The position numbers and the translations under genes are program-made. A stretch of 64,000 bases of DNA, taken from IMG/VR virus record IMGVR_UViG_3300035670_000196. One strand, 5' to 3'. How positions within the stretch are numbered: the stretch's first letter is position 1; every line of letters begins with the position of its first letter. This DNA comes from an uncultured virus (IMG/VR IMGVR_UViG_3300035670_000196) (Duplodnaviria; Heunggongvirae; Uroviricota; Caudoviricetes). Positions 56,504-64,000 of the stretch are shown one piece after another. A model generated the notes under the pieces. It was not told where the DNA came from. It did not search any database and worked only from the letters and a program-made list of their open reading frames with translations.

Positions 56504-56762
56504 TGCTACCGAAAATCAGTACAGAAATACGGTTTCGAATTCAGGGCCCATGGGCTAAAATCGAAAAACCACGATTCTATTAGCCCATTAATGCACCCTT
56601 TGAGACAAAGAACATGACCCTAAAAAAAATATTCCCCCAGGGCGTTGGCGCGCCACTGAGGGGAAAAACAAACCAAAGAGAAAAAAGTTATATACACAAT
56701 AGCCTGCCGTTTGCAAAATTGCAAGTAAACGCGCAGAAAAATATCCAAGGTGGTGACGAACT

Positions 56763-59700
56763 ATGATTTCTGCAAGTCTCCACGTGGATCAAAGCGTATT
56801 TAGCGGAAAGTTTGATTACAATGCGCAGTGCCCGGTTTGTGATAAAAAGGGCTGCTCAGTCCGGGAAGGCGGCGGCGTCCATTGCACGACACACCGCAGC
56901 GGCAATAAGGGCGAAACCCTAAACGGGTATGAGTTTGTAGGGGAAGATCGCAGCGGGTTAGGACTGTGGCGGCCCTATGTCGAAAAAGGTAATCGCCAAA
57001 CATCGACATACCGGCTGCAGACGACGGCAAGGACGCTAGAACCAGTCGCACAAATAGACTTAGCCAAACGGGATAGCCAGTTGCGGGCATGGGCTGAGGA
57101 ATCGCCTATTACTGGCGAGCAACGACTATTCCTGAAAAACCGAGGGGTTAGCCGGGAGCAGGTGATGCAAGCGGCCAACGACGAAGCTATTTTTTGGAAT
57201 ATCCAATACGGGGAAGACGGATTTGACAGCACAGGGCTACCCGGTAACTGGACTGAGGACGGCAAATATCAAGGCGTAGAGGGCCTTGCCATCGCTTGCC
57301 GCCAGCGACTAGAACCTAATGGCCCATGGCATATCCTCGGTGCTCAGATCCGCCCCAGCAAGATCAGAGATGGCGGAGGTAAATACTTATGGCTCAGCAG
57401 AGAGGAAGCTTCAGCACGGATCAGCCAATGGGGCGAGTTACCGATCACCGTCCATGAAACCACCGGCACAACGGGGCACTTGACTCTATGCGAGGGAACG
57501 CTCAAACCGTGGCTAATTGCCCAGAGAGCCGACATCCATAGCATTGACTTAGGCGTAGCGATCGTTGGCTGTGCTGGTTCGGCGTGGGCATCAACATCAT
57601 GGACTCAGATCGAGCATCAATGCACTAAAGTGTACGGGGTAAAAGATATTCACTTAGCCCTTGACGCTGGCGCGGTTCAAAACCGTAACGTTTGGGGTGG
57701 AGTCAGACAGCTGGCCCAACGATGCAAAAGAGCAGGCTTAACTTTAAAAATAATCTGGTATGGCCAACTCGAAAAAACTAACGGTGACCTTGACGAACTG
57801 ACGGAAGTCACTCCATACCAGTTGCTAACCGTTAACGAAGTCGAGGCCCAATTCTGCCAGCCTGACGTAATCCCGGCGTCAGCGCTGCTACTCAAGCCGT
57901 CACCTGGGTTTGTCGACGATTACGGGTATCTGCCCGATCACGCTGACATCCTATTACCGGCGATCTCAAAAACGCGATTGACAGCCATCCGCGCTAACAA
58001 AGGGACTGGAAAAACCCAGCTAATTAAAAAACTGGTAACTCAAGCTATCGAGCGAAAACAGCGTGCAATTATCTTCACCCACCGCCTCGCTCTTGGCGCT
58101 GCCCAAGGTGCACTGCTGGGCCTGCCCGTCAAAACTGAGGTCAGAGAATACGGACGGGGCGAAGGGTTTGTTATTACCGTTGACTCCGCTCACCCTGGCT
58201 CTGGGATGCGGTACAGCGCTGACCATGACCTACAACACGATGGGGGGGGCACTTTAGTCATCATTGACGAGTGCGATCAGGTTTTCGATCACATCGCCCA
58301 CGGCAAGACAGAAATTAAGCGGCACCGCCAAGCCGTGATTGACGAAATCAGCGAAACCCTAGCAGGTGCCCGCAACGTTGTCCTGCTCAGTGCCGACATT
58401 ACCGACTGTCACGTTGCCCTAACTCAACAGGCAATGGGCATCACCGACTCGCTAAACATCGTCAATACCACTACACGTAAACTAGGCAATGTAACGGTTC
58501 ATACAAACCCGTTCTCCGTACGATTTGAAGCCGAGCAAGCACTAGAACGGAATGAACGCATTCTAATAAAAGTCAGCGGCCAAAAATCAGACTCAAATCA
58601 CGGTACGTCTGCACTGCATGCTTACCTGAAAGCATTATACCCAGAGAAGAAGGGTGTCATTTTTGACGGAAACACACTTAAAGATCCGTCTAATCCTGAC
58701 ACTTTTATTAATGGTATAAATGTACTGCAGTGGCTCAGCCATCCTGATCCCGAAGAAAGGCTACGGCGACAAGAGGAGTATTTTGCTCAGTACGATTGGG
58801 TGATTTTTAACAACGCTTGTGGTACCGGAGTATCGTTTGAGACCCCCCTATTCCACGGTTTTTATCAGATCGAAACTGGGGTAGGGTCAATCCGTGACGC
58901 GGCCCAGGCGACGGCAAGGCTAAGACCTCATTTTTACGAAGACGCCGAGGGTAACCGTCAGCCGCTTCAGCGCCACATCTACTGTGCCCCGATTGGCCTT
59001 CCTCAGCTGCGATACGGCAATGGGGCGACGGCTCCCAATAAACTTGCAGCGGGCGAAGATAAGGCATGGGAAAAGCTCGTAAGCCAAATACAGCAAGTCG
59101 GGGGGGCTGATTGGTTGCCATCTTCACCGCTCGAATACTCGTCACCACGGGCTCAAGCGTGGTTGGGGTATGCCATTAACCGGGCTGCTGAATTTAACGC
59201 TGAATCGCTCAACTATGCCCAGGAATTTTGGAAGCAATTACAAGTCGAGGGCTACAGCCTCGGCGACTATAACGGCGATTGGAATCAGATAGGCGACAGT
59301 GAGCAGAAGGCCTATAAAGCCGGGTGCACATCGGCAAGGGATCTGCTACACAGCAAGGCATTAGAACAGATAGCTGCTGAGCCCATGGATGGGGCAGATG
59401 TGGCGAAACTAGCCCAGCAACGGGAGTTGACCCCAAAGGAGCATAGGCAGCTAAAAAAGGGCCGAACCATGGAACGATACGGTCTCGACGAAGAGACCGT
59501 AGATGTCGCCGTCCTTGACGCTGAGCACAACGGCATTTATCACAAACTGATGCTGCGATACCTAGCTGAACAGCCCAAAGCCGTGGCTCAGGAACGCGAT
59601 AAGGTGACAGCATGGCATGAACTAAACGAAGGGTCTCCTTGGGGGCGTGATCTTGCCAAGCGGGCTTATTCACCGAGACTGGCTCTCCTAAGAGAACTAG

Positions 59701-60644
59701 GGGCGATTGCCTTACTAGAATCGGCTAAGAACGGAGAAAAACTTTACAGTGCCCACCCTGATGTTTTGGCGGTAGCAGCTGCAGCCTTGAAGCGACGGGA
59801 CGATGTTAAAGACATCCTAGGGCTGACGGTTGGGGTTGAGTCTTATAACAAACGAACGGCTCAAATGGAAATCAAGGTTGATCGCCCGATCGTAGTCGCT
59901 CAGAATTTATTTGAGTTGTTAGGGTACGGACTGTCCCGAATTAAAGAACGGGTTCGGAATGAGCAAGGTAAGCGGCATTGGCAGTTTGAGCTGACCGATA
60001 GCAAACCGGCGGCGATTGACTGGGTAAAATTCGGGGAAATTCAGGAGAAAATTATGAAAGAACGGGCTGAAAAAGTGGATGGATCACCGGTCAATTTAGT
60101 GCTGAGAGAGGCCAAAAATGACCCGCTGCCTACTAACAGTGAAAATGAGCTAGAACCTAATGATGACAAGGGTTTCGATGAAAAACAGGCCGGGACACTA
60201 ACCTCCATAGATCTAATAGAAACCGAGTTAGTAGGCAGTAAAAATGGCGATACCCGCATCCCTGATTCTGGGGGGGCTGCTGCTGGGGCTGATCTGAGGG
60301 TCGGTGACCGGGTGATTTACACGGGTGAGGCTCCAAATAGTGCTAGATCTGCCATTCTCCGAGCCATAATGCAGCCGTTACCAGGGGTGATTGTCTACCA
60401 GTTATCGGCTACCGAGGACGGGGCTGCGTGGGGAGCGAGACAGCATGAGGTGTTACTGGTGGATACTGACGAACCATTGGCAATACAGGTGATGCGGATG
60501 ATGCAAGCGGTACGGACGCCCGACGACTGGTCTAAGCTTGGCCGTCAGTACGATGCTGAGACATGGCAAGCTGCTTGGTCTGAGCTAATTGTGGAGGATG
60601 AACAAAAGGCTTTGTTTATCCAGCAAATGATGATGGCGGCTTGA
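56763..60644 (+). CDS. Primase-helicase replication protein, CyRepA1/DUF3854-like
   Basis: N-terminal CPVC...C Zn finger; TOPRIM-like KYLW / CEG.LKP / DAG / DLDE; helicase motifs KGTGKT, HR..L, IIDECDQ and TGVSF. Confidence 0.8.
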   Translation: MISASLHVDQSVFSGKFDYNAQCPVCDKKGCSVREGGGVHCTTHRSGNKGETLNGYEFVGEDRSGLGLWRPYVEKGNRQTSTYRLQTTARTLEPVAQIDLAKRDSQLRAWAEESPITGEQRLFLKNRGVSREQVMQAANDEAIFWNIQYGEDGFDSTGLPGNWTEDGKYQGVEGLAIACRQRLEPNGPWHILGAQIRPSKIRDGGGKYLWLSREEASARISQWGELPITVHETTGTTGHLTLCEGTLKPWLIAQRADIHSIDLGVAIVGCAGSAWASTSWTQIEHQCTKVYGVKDIHLALDAGAVQNRNVWGGVRQLAQRCKRAGLTLKIIWYGQLEKTNGDLDELTEVTPYQLLTVNEVEAQFCQPDVIPASALLLKPSPGFVDDYGYLPDHADILLPAISKTRLTAIRANKGTGKTQLIKKLVTQAIERKQRAIIFTHRLALGAAQGALLGLPVKTEVREYGRGEGFVITVDSAHPGSGMRYSADHDLQHDGGGTLVIIDECDQVFDHIAHGKTEIKRHRQAVIDEISETLAGARNVVLLSADITDCHVALTQQAMGITDSLNIVNTTTRKLGNVTVHTNPFSVRFEAEQALERNERILIKVSGQKSDSNHGTSALHAYLKALYPEKKGVIFDGNTLKDPSNPDTFINGINVLQWLSHPDPEERLRRQEEYFAQYDWVIFNNACGTGVSFETPLFHGFYQIETGVGSIRDAAQATARLRPHFYEDAEGNRQPLQRHIYCAPIGLPQLRYGNGATAPNKLAAGEDKAWEKLVSQIQQVGGADWLPSSPLEYSSPRAQAWLGYAINRAAEFNAESLNYAQEFWKQLQVEGYSLGDYNGDWNQIGDSEQKAYKAGCTSARDLLHSKALEQIAAEPMDGADVAKLAQQRELTPKEHRQLKKGRTMERYGLDEETVDVAVLDAEHNGIYHKLMLRYLAEQPKAVAQERDKVTAWHELNEGSPWGRDLAKRAYSPRLALLRELGAIALLESAKNGEKLYSAHPDVLAVAAAALKRRDDVKDILGLTVGVESYNKRTAQMEIKVDRPIVVAQNLFELLGYGLSRIKERVRNEQGKRHWQFELTDSKPAAIDWVKFGEIQEKIMKERAEKVDGSPVNLVLREAKNDPLPTNSENELEPNDDKGFDEKQAGTLTSIDLIETELVGSKNGDTRIPDSGGAAAGADLRVGDRVIYTGEAPNSARSAILRAIMQPLPGVIVYQLSATEDGAAWGARQHEVLLVDTDEPLAIQVMRMMQAVRTPDDWSKLGRQYDAETWQAAWSELIVEDEQKALFIQQMMMAA
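60126..60238. repeat. Intragenic iteron module, inverted copy of 33418-33530
   Basis: CTGCCTACTAAC...GTTAGTAGGCAG. 60190-60222 is the exact 33-bp reverse complement of 33434-33466. Confidence 0.85.
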
Positions 60645-60709
60645 TAAAATATAGGGGTTGTTTATCAGGAGACTTCTGCTCTCACTACCGCCCCACTGCG
60701 GGGTTTCTT

Positions 60710-60782
60710 CCGGGTCTGGCCGAGCGGAAAGGCAGCAAACTCATAATTTGCCATTAGGCAGGTTCGACTCCTGCGATCCGGA
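60710..60782 (+). tRNA. tRNA with CAT anticodon (elongator Met or Ile2), CCA not encoded
   Basis: Acceptor stem CCGGGTC/GATCCGG, D arm GCC..GG..GGC, anticodon arm GCAAA-CTCATAA-TTTGC, T arm GCAGG-TTCGACT-CCTGC, discriminator A. Confidence 0.9.
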
Positions 60783-60839
60783 TTGCTTTGTAACCAATGC
60801 TTTTTGTGTAAAAATAAAAAAACTCCTATGGAGATCGGA

Positions 60840-61388
60840 ATGTTATACGGAATACGTGGATGTACAGATCCAGCGACGGCTTATATTAGTTCGTTGACTT
60901 ATTGGGTTTTTTCGTGCAGAGATCGCAACAAGACTCCGGCGCAGGGGCTTGAAAAATGGAGCTATCTTGGCTCCGCAATTCAGCAAGCTGCGGTGACGGC
61001 GCAATCGATCGAGCAGTATCAGGCGAATTTGGCCGATCGACTAAAGGCGAAATCTCCGGTATTGAGCCGTTACGCAAAAATGCTGGTGCATGAAGAAAAC
61101 CAGCGAGTGATTTTGTTTGGAACTAAAACAGAAGCTGGTTTAACTGATTTACAAGAATTTAGCAGTCACCAAGCATTACCAATTTATGCTAGTCCCGCTG
61201 ATGTTTTGCAGGATTTGCTAGCGCAAGGGATACGCGAGTCAGAAATCTTGAAGATTGCCAAACCCACACGATTGGGCGGCAAGCCTTTTGTTGTGCAAAT
61301 GTACTGCCAAGTGGCAGATCAGGTGTTTGGGTGGCAACCGCCCGCTGAGGAAGATGAAACGATCGATATCGAAGTGGGGGTCGCCTAA
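60840..61388 (+). CDS. Type IV small subunit (Cas11-like)
   Basis: Helical protein MLYG...Y.VF..RD....W......AA..A directly upstream of csf2; RBS GGAG. Confidence 0.6.
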   Translation: MLYGIRGCTDPATAYISSLTYWVFSCRDRNKTPAQGLEKWSYLGSAIQQAAVTAQSIEQYQANLADRLKAKSPVLSRYAKMLVHEENQRVILFGTKTEAGLTDLQEFSSHQALPIYASPADVLQDLLAQGIRESEILKIAKPTRLGGKPFVVQMYCQVADQVFGWQPPAEEDETIDIEVGVA

Positions 61389-62605
61389 TGTCTGGAATTG
61401 CTGAATACAAGCCTTTTGAGGGGCGGCGGCAAATTAAACTTCACGTCATTTTTGACTTGCAACAGCCGTTGTCTCACATTTCGGAGACAACGGGAAATGA
61501 ATCGCTACTGAAGACAACATCGATGGTCGCGATTGATGGCGAGAAAGCGCAGGTGCCGATCTATTCCGGGAATGCGCAACGGAATGGCAACCTGGGGCGT
61601 CGGACGGGTATCGCATCGTTTCTGGATGCGCTGGATGTGGCGGTGAACAAATCGACTCATCAAACGCTATACAGCGGCGGATACATTGAGGGCAGTACGA
61701 TTAATGATTTTGAGGCAGAAGAACGCATCCGAAAACTGTTGCCAAATCTTTCTTTGTTGGGTGGAGCGATCCCGCCGGAAACGCTGGGAATGCCAAAAGG
61801 AAAATCCCAGATGATAGAAGGGCGGCTGAATATCGGTGATGCTTATTTGGTTTGCTACGAATCAGTCCCCTACATCTACGAGCAATGTCCGGCGCTGTTG
61901 CCGTGGGAAGCGATGGAGTCGATCGATCTACTGATGGCCCGTCGCCGCAAGTTTATTGATCTGCGCTACGGCTTAGCCGCTGGCAAGGTCGATCGGATGG
62001 CGGTAAATAAGGCTTGGCAAGCATTAAAGGCAACCGAGGCGGAGCACTTGCCGATTATTCGGCATCATTGCAAGCCGTCTTCCGAATATTGGGAGTATCG
62101 GGAGTCGGTGCGAGTTCCTAGCTATAAGCAGTCTGAGCTATCGCGGCATCTTGCGGGTAGTAAGCCCAAACTGCTAAAAGGTGATGAGGAAAAGAAAAAA
62201 GGAGACAAAAAAGAAGCTGGGCGACAAATGATTTCGGGTGCTTGGGTAATTCAGCGTGGCGCTCAGCTTTACTCTCTCTGGTGTAGCCGTGGACAAGGAA
62301 TTACGCCTCTTGAGGAAGGTGCCTTGGTTAATACGCTGCTGGAGTTTGCTAAGCAGCCCTACCTTGGCGGTAGGGCTAATGCAGGATGTGGCCTAGTGTC
62401 AATATCGATCCGCTGCGAAGCTGATGGGCAGTCGGGGGATTACCTCTCGCTGTCCCAATCGGCGCAGGTGATCAGCGATCGGGCAGCAAATTGCCACCAA
62501 CGCTATCAAGATATGGTGCGCATCTACCAAGAGCACATTGCCGAAATCAAGGCGGGTGGCACTGTCGAGTCAGCCGATGCCTTTAATTTATTGGGGGTAA
62601 GCTGA
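61388..62605 (+). CDS. csf2: Type IV backbone protein Csf2 (Cas7-like)
   Basis: PLSH, VPIYSGNA.R, LYSGG, SLLGG, MIEGRL.IG...LVCYE, QMI and LGGRANAGCG motifs. Confidence 0.85.
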   Translation: MSGIAEYKPFEGRRQIKLHVIFDLQQPLSHISETTGNESLLKTTSMVAIDGEKAQVPIYSGNAQRNGNLGRRTGIASFLDALDVAVNKSTHQTLYSGGYIEGSTINDFEAEERIRKLLPNLSLLGGAIPPETLGMPKGKSQMIEGRLNIGDAYLVCYESVPYIYEQCPALLPWEAMESIDLLMARRRKFIDLRYGLAAGKVDRMAVNKAWQALKATEAEHLPIIRHHCKPSSEYWEYRESVRVPSYKQSELSRHLAGSKPKLLKGDEEKKKGDKKEAGRQMISGAWVIQRGAQLYSLWCSRGQGITPLEEGALVNTLLEFAKQPYLGGRANAGCGLVSISIRCEADGQSGDYLSLSQSAQVISDRAANCHQRYQDMVRIYQEHIAEIKAGGTVESADAFNLLGVS

Positions 62606-63312
62606 TGCAGCCACTACGAGTAACCGCCCACTTAGCCAATAAATTGGCGGTGAGTGATGATTGGTCGCCGTCGCTTGATGCACTCCTAATTAAGCTACTA
62701 CTGGATGAGCGGGGATTATCCAGTAGTAACCCGATGCTGGAAGATGTCGTTCGAAACCAGCCTGTGATTGACGCCAATATGCCGATCTACAAAGGTGAAA
62801 TTAAAGGGGAATGGTACTGGCAGACCTCAAGCCCTTGTTATTTGTGGGATGCCGATGAAGTGGAAACCATCTACAAACGATGGGATCAACAAGAGCGTAA
62901 CTTGAATTGGCAAGGCAAGCGGCGCAACTGGAGCACATCCGAGAATAATACAAAGTCCTGGACAATCCTTATTTCGGAGCGATCGACCCCGCGTATCGAC
63001 TGGTATTGCATCGGTGATGCGCTGGAGATCCAGCGGTTGTTAACTCTGTCTGATAGATTGGCTAAAAAACGTCGGACACAGGTCTATCGATGGGACGTCG
63101 AGGCAATTGATCAAGATTGGCATTTATGGCGTGATCAAGAAATAATGCGGCCAATGCCAGTGGATTTAATTGATACGCCACCTCATGATTTTGCAATTCG
63201 GCGATGGGCATGGCGGCCACCGACGCATTTGCCTGAGAATGTGGCTAAGTGCCTGATGCCTGTAACAACAGCAAAGCGAGTTAAATCAGTTTATGTGTGG
63301 GGAACGGAGTGA
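62605..63312 (+). CDS. csf3: Type IV Csf3 (Cas5-like)
   Basis: MQPLRVTA.L, LDALL, WYCIGD..EI..LL, KKR, RPMP and RPP motifs. Confidence 0.8.
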   Translation: MQPLRVTAHLANKLAVSDDWSPSLDALLIKLLLDERGLSSSNPMLEDVVRNQPVIDANMPIYKGEIKGEWYWQTSSPCYLWDADEVETIYKRWDQQERNLNWQGKRRNWSTSENNTKSWTILISERSTPRIDWYCIGDALEIQRLLTLSDRLAKKRRTQVYRWDVEAIDQDWHLWRDQEIMRPMPVDLIDTPPHDFAIRRWAWRPPTHLPENVAKCLMPVTTAKRVKSVYVWGTE

Positions 63313-64000
63313 TGGATCTATTGGAGCGCGAGGCGTTTTCGGTTTATGCGCAGTTGCCAAAATTTAAGCGCAAAGTTAATCAGGCTTTAGTTGTAATTCG
63401 TGAAGCATTAAAAATTGGGCCTGCCTACGTTGCTGTTAGTTGGGGAAAAGATTCGGTGGTGATGCTGCACTTGTGTCAGCAGGTGCAGCCGGATATTTTG
63501 GCAATCAGCTTTAGCCATCCAGAACGAAGCATGATTTCTAATTATGAAGAGGTAATCGATCAATATCGCCAACGATTTGGCCTGAATTTAAAAGATATTG
63601 CACTAGCTGGCGACCATGTCCCGGCCAAAGTCGAACAGGCTAAGCTTTGGGATACTTGGCCTGTTGGTTTTATTGGATTGAGAAAAGAAGAGTGCGATCG
63701 GAGATCTATGGCATTAATTAAGTATGGATTGCTGCATCAATACCAGTCTGGGAGTAGATCTACTAGTTGGCGTTGCTGCCCGGTTGGTTGGTTTGGTTGG
63801 CGTGATATTTGGGCTTACATTTGTGCAAATAACCTGCCGTACTTGTCAATTTACGATCAGCTTTCCAGAGACCGAGGAAGAACTACAGATCATTTATCAA
63901 AAACTATGGACAAAGCATGGCAGCAACGCCGATTTGAAGAGATCAAGTTGGTTGCACCAGAATATGCAAAATATTTGCAGGAGAATCATGCAGAGAATTT
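63312..64000 (+). CDS. cysH: CysH/PAPS-reductase-like protein (type IV-B associated), runs off the window end; not in the ORF track
   Basis: My translation gives MDLLEREAF...YVAVSWGKDSVVMLHL...FIGLRKEE...PVGWFGWRDIWAYI..NNLPY..IYD. Starts in a TGATG overlap with csf3. Confidence 0.85.
   Translation, partial: MDLLEREAFSVYAQLPKFKRKVNQALVVIREALKIGPAYVAVSWGKDSVVMLHLCQQVQPDILAISFSHPERSMISNYEEVIDQYRQRFGLNLKDIALAGDHVPAKVEQAKLWDTWPVGFIGLRKEECDRRSMALIKYGLLHQYQSGSRSTSWRCCPVGWFGWRDIWAYICANNLPYLSIYDQLSRDRGRTTDHLSKTMDKAWQQRRFEEIKLVAPEYAKYLQENHAEN

Noticed and set aside
60710..60782. Initiator tRNA-fMet
   Set aside because: C1-G72 is paired and the anticodon stem lacks three consecutive G-C pairs.
60658..60897. 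79-aa ORF and the long start (60783) of the cas11-like gene
   Set aside because: The ORF overlaps the tRNA. The ATG at 60840 has a GGAG RBS and is the better start.
63312..64000. Sulfur-assimilation auxiliary gene or Dnd phosphorothioation system
   Set aside because: The cysH-like gene is coupled to csf3 and no other cys or dnd genes are present; type IV-B context fits better.

Overview
The window looks like a nearly complete, circularly permuted siphovirus-type phage of a cyanobacterium, probably a phage-plasmid. Host evidence is an nblA-like gene and at least 8 HIP1 (GCGATCGC) sites. Tail genes run on the minus strand (5.6-18.4 kb) and diverge from the terminase, portal, protease and capsid genes on the plus strand (18.5-33.1 kb). 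An accessory/early region (33-52 kb) holds nblA, an FHA protein plus a GGDEF-EAL protein, an FtsK/VirD4-like operon and IS607 tnpA-tnpB. A replication region (52-60.6 kb) has an SF1B helicase, a C5 methyltransferase and a CyRepA1-like primase-helicase. No integrase is visible. The most striking feature is an array-less type IV-B-like Cas effector operon (cas11-csf2-csf3-cysH at the right end, csf1-cas6 at the left end). It starts just after a tRNA(CAT) gene and ends in an exact 26-bp copy of that tRNA's 3' half, like an attL/attR-bounded island. Also notable are a portal protein fused to an R-S-E ADP-ribosyltransferase domain and several families of dispersed non-coding repeats. All product calls come from motif recognition by eye; no database search was run.
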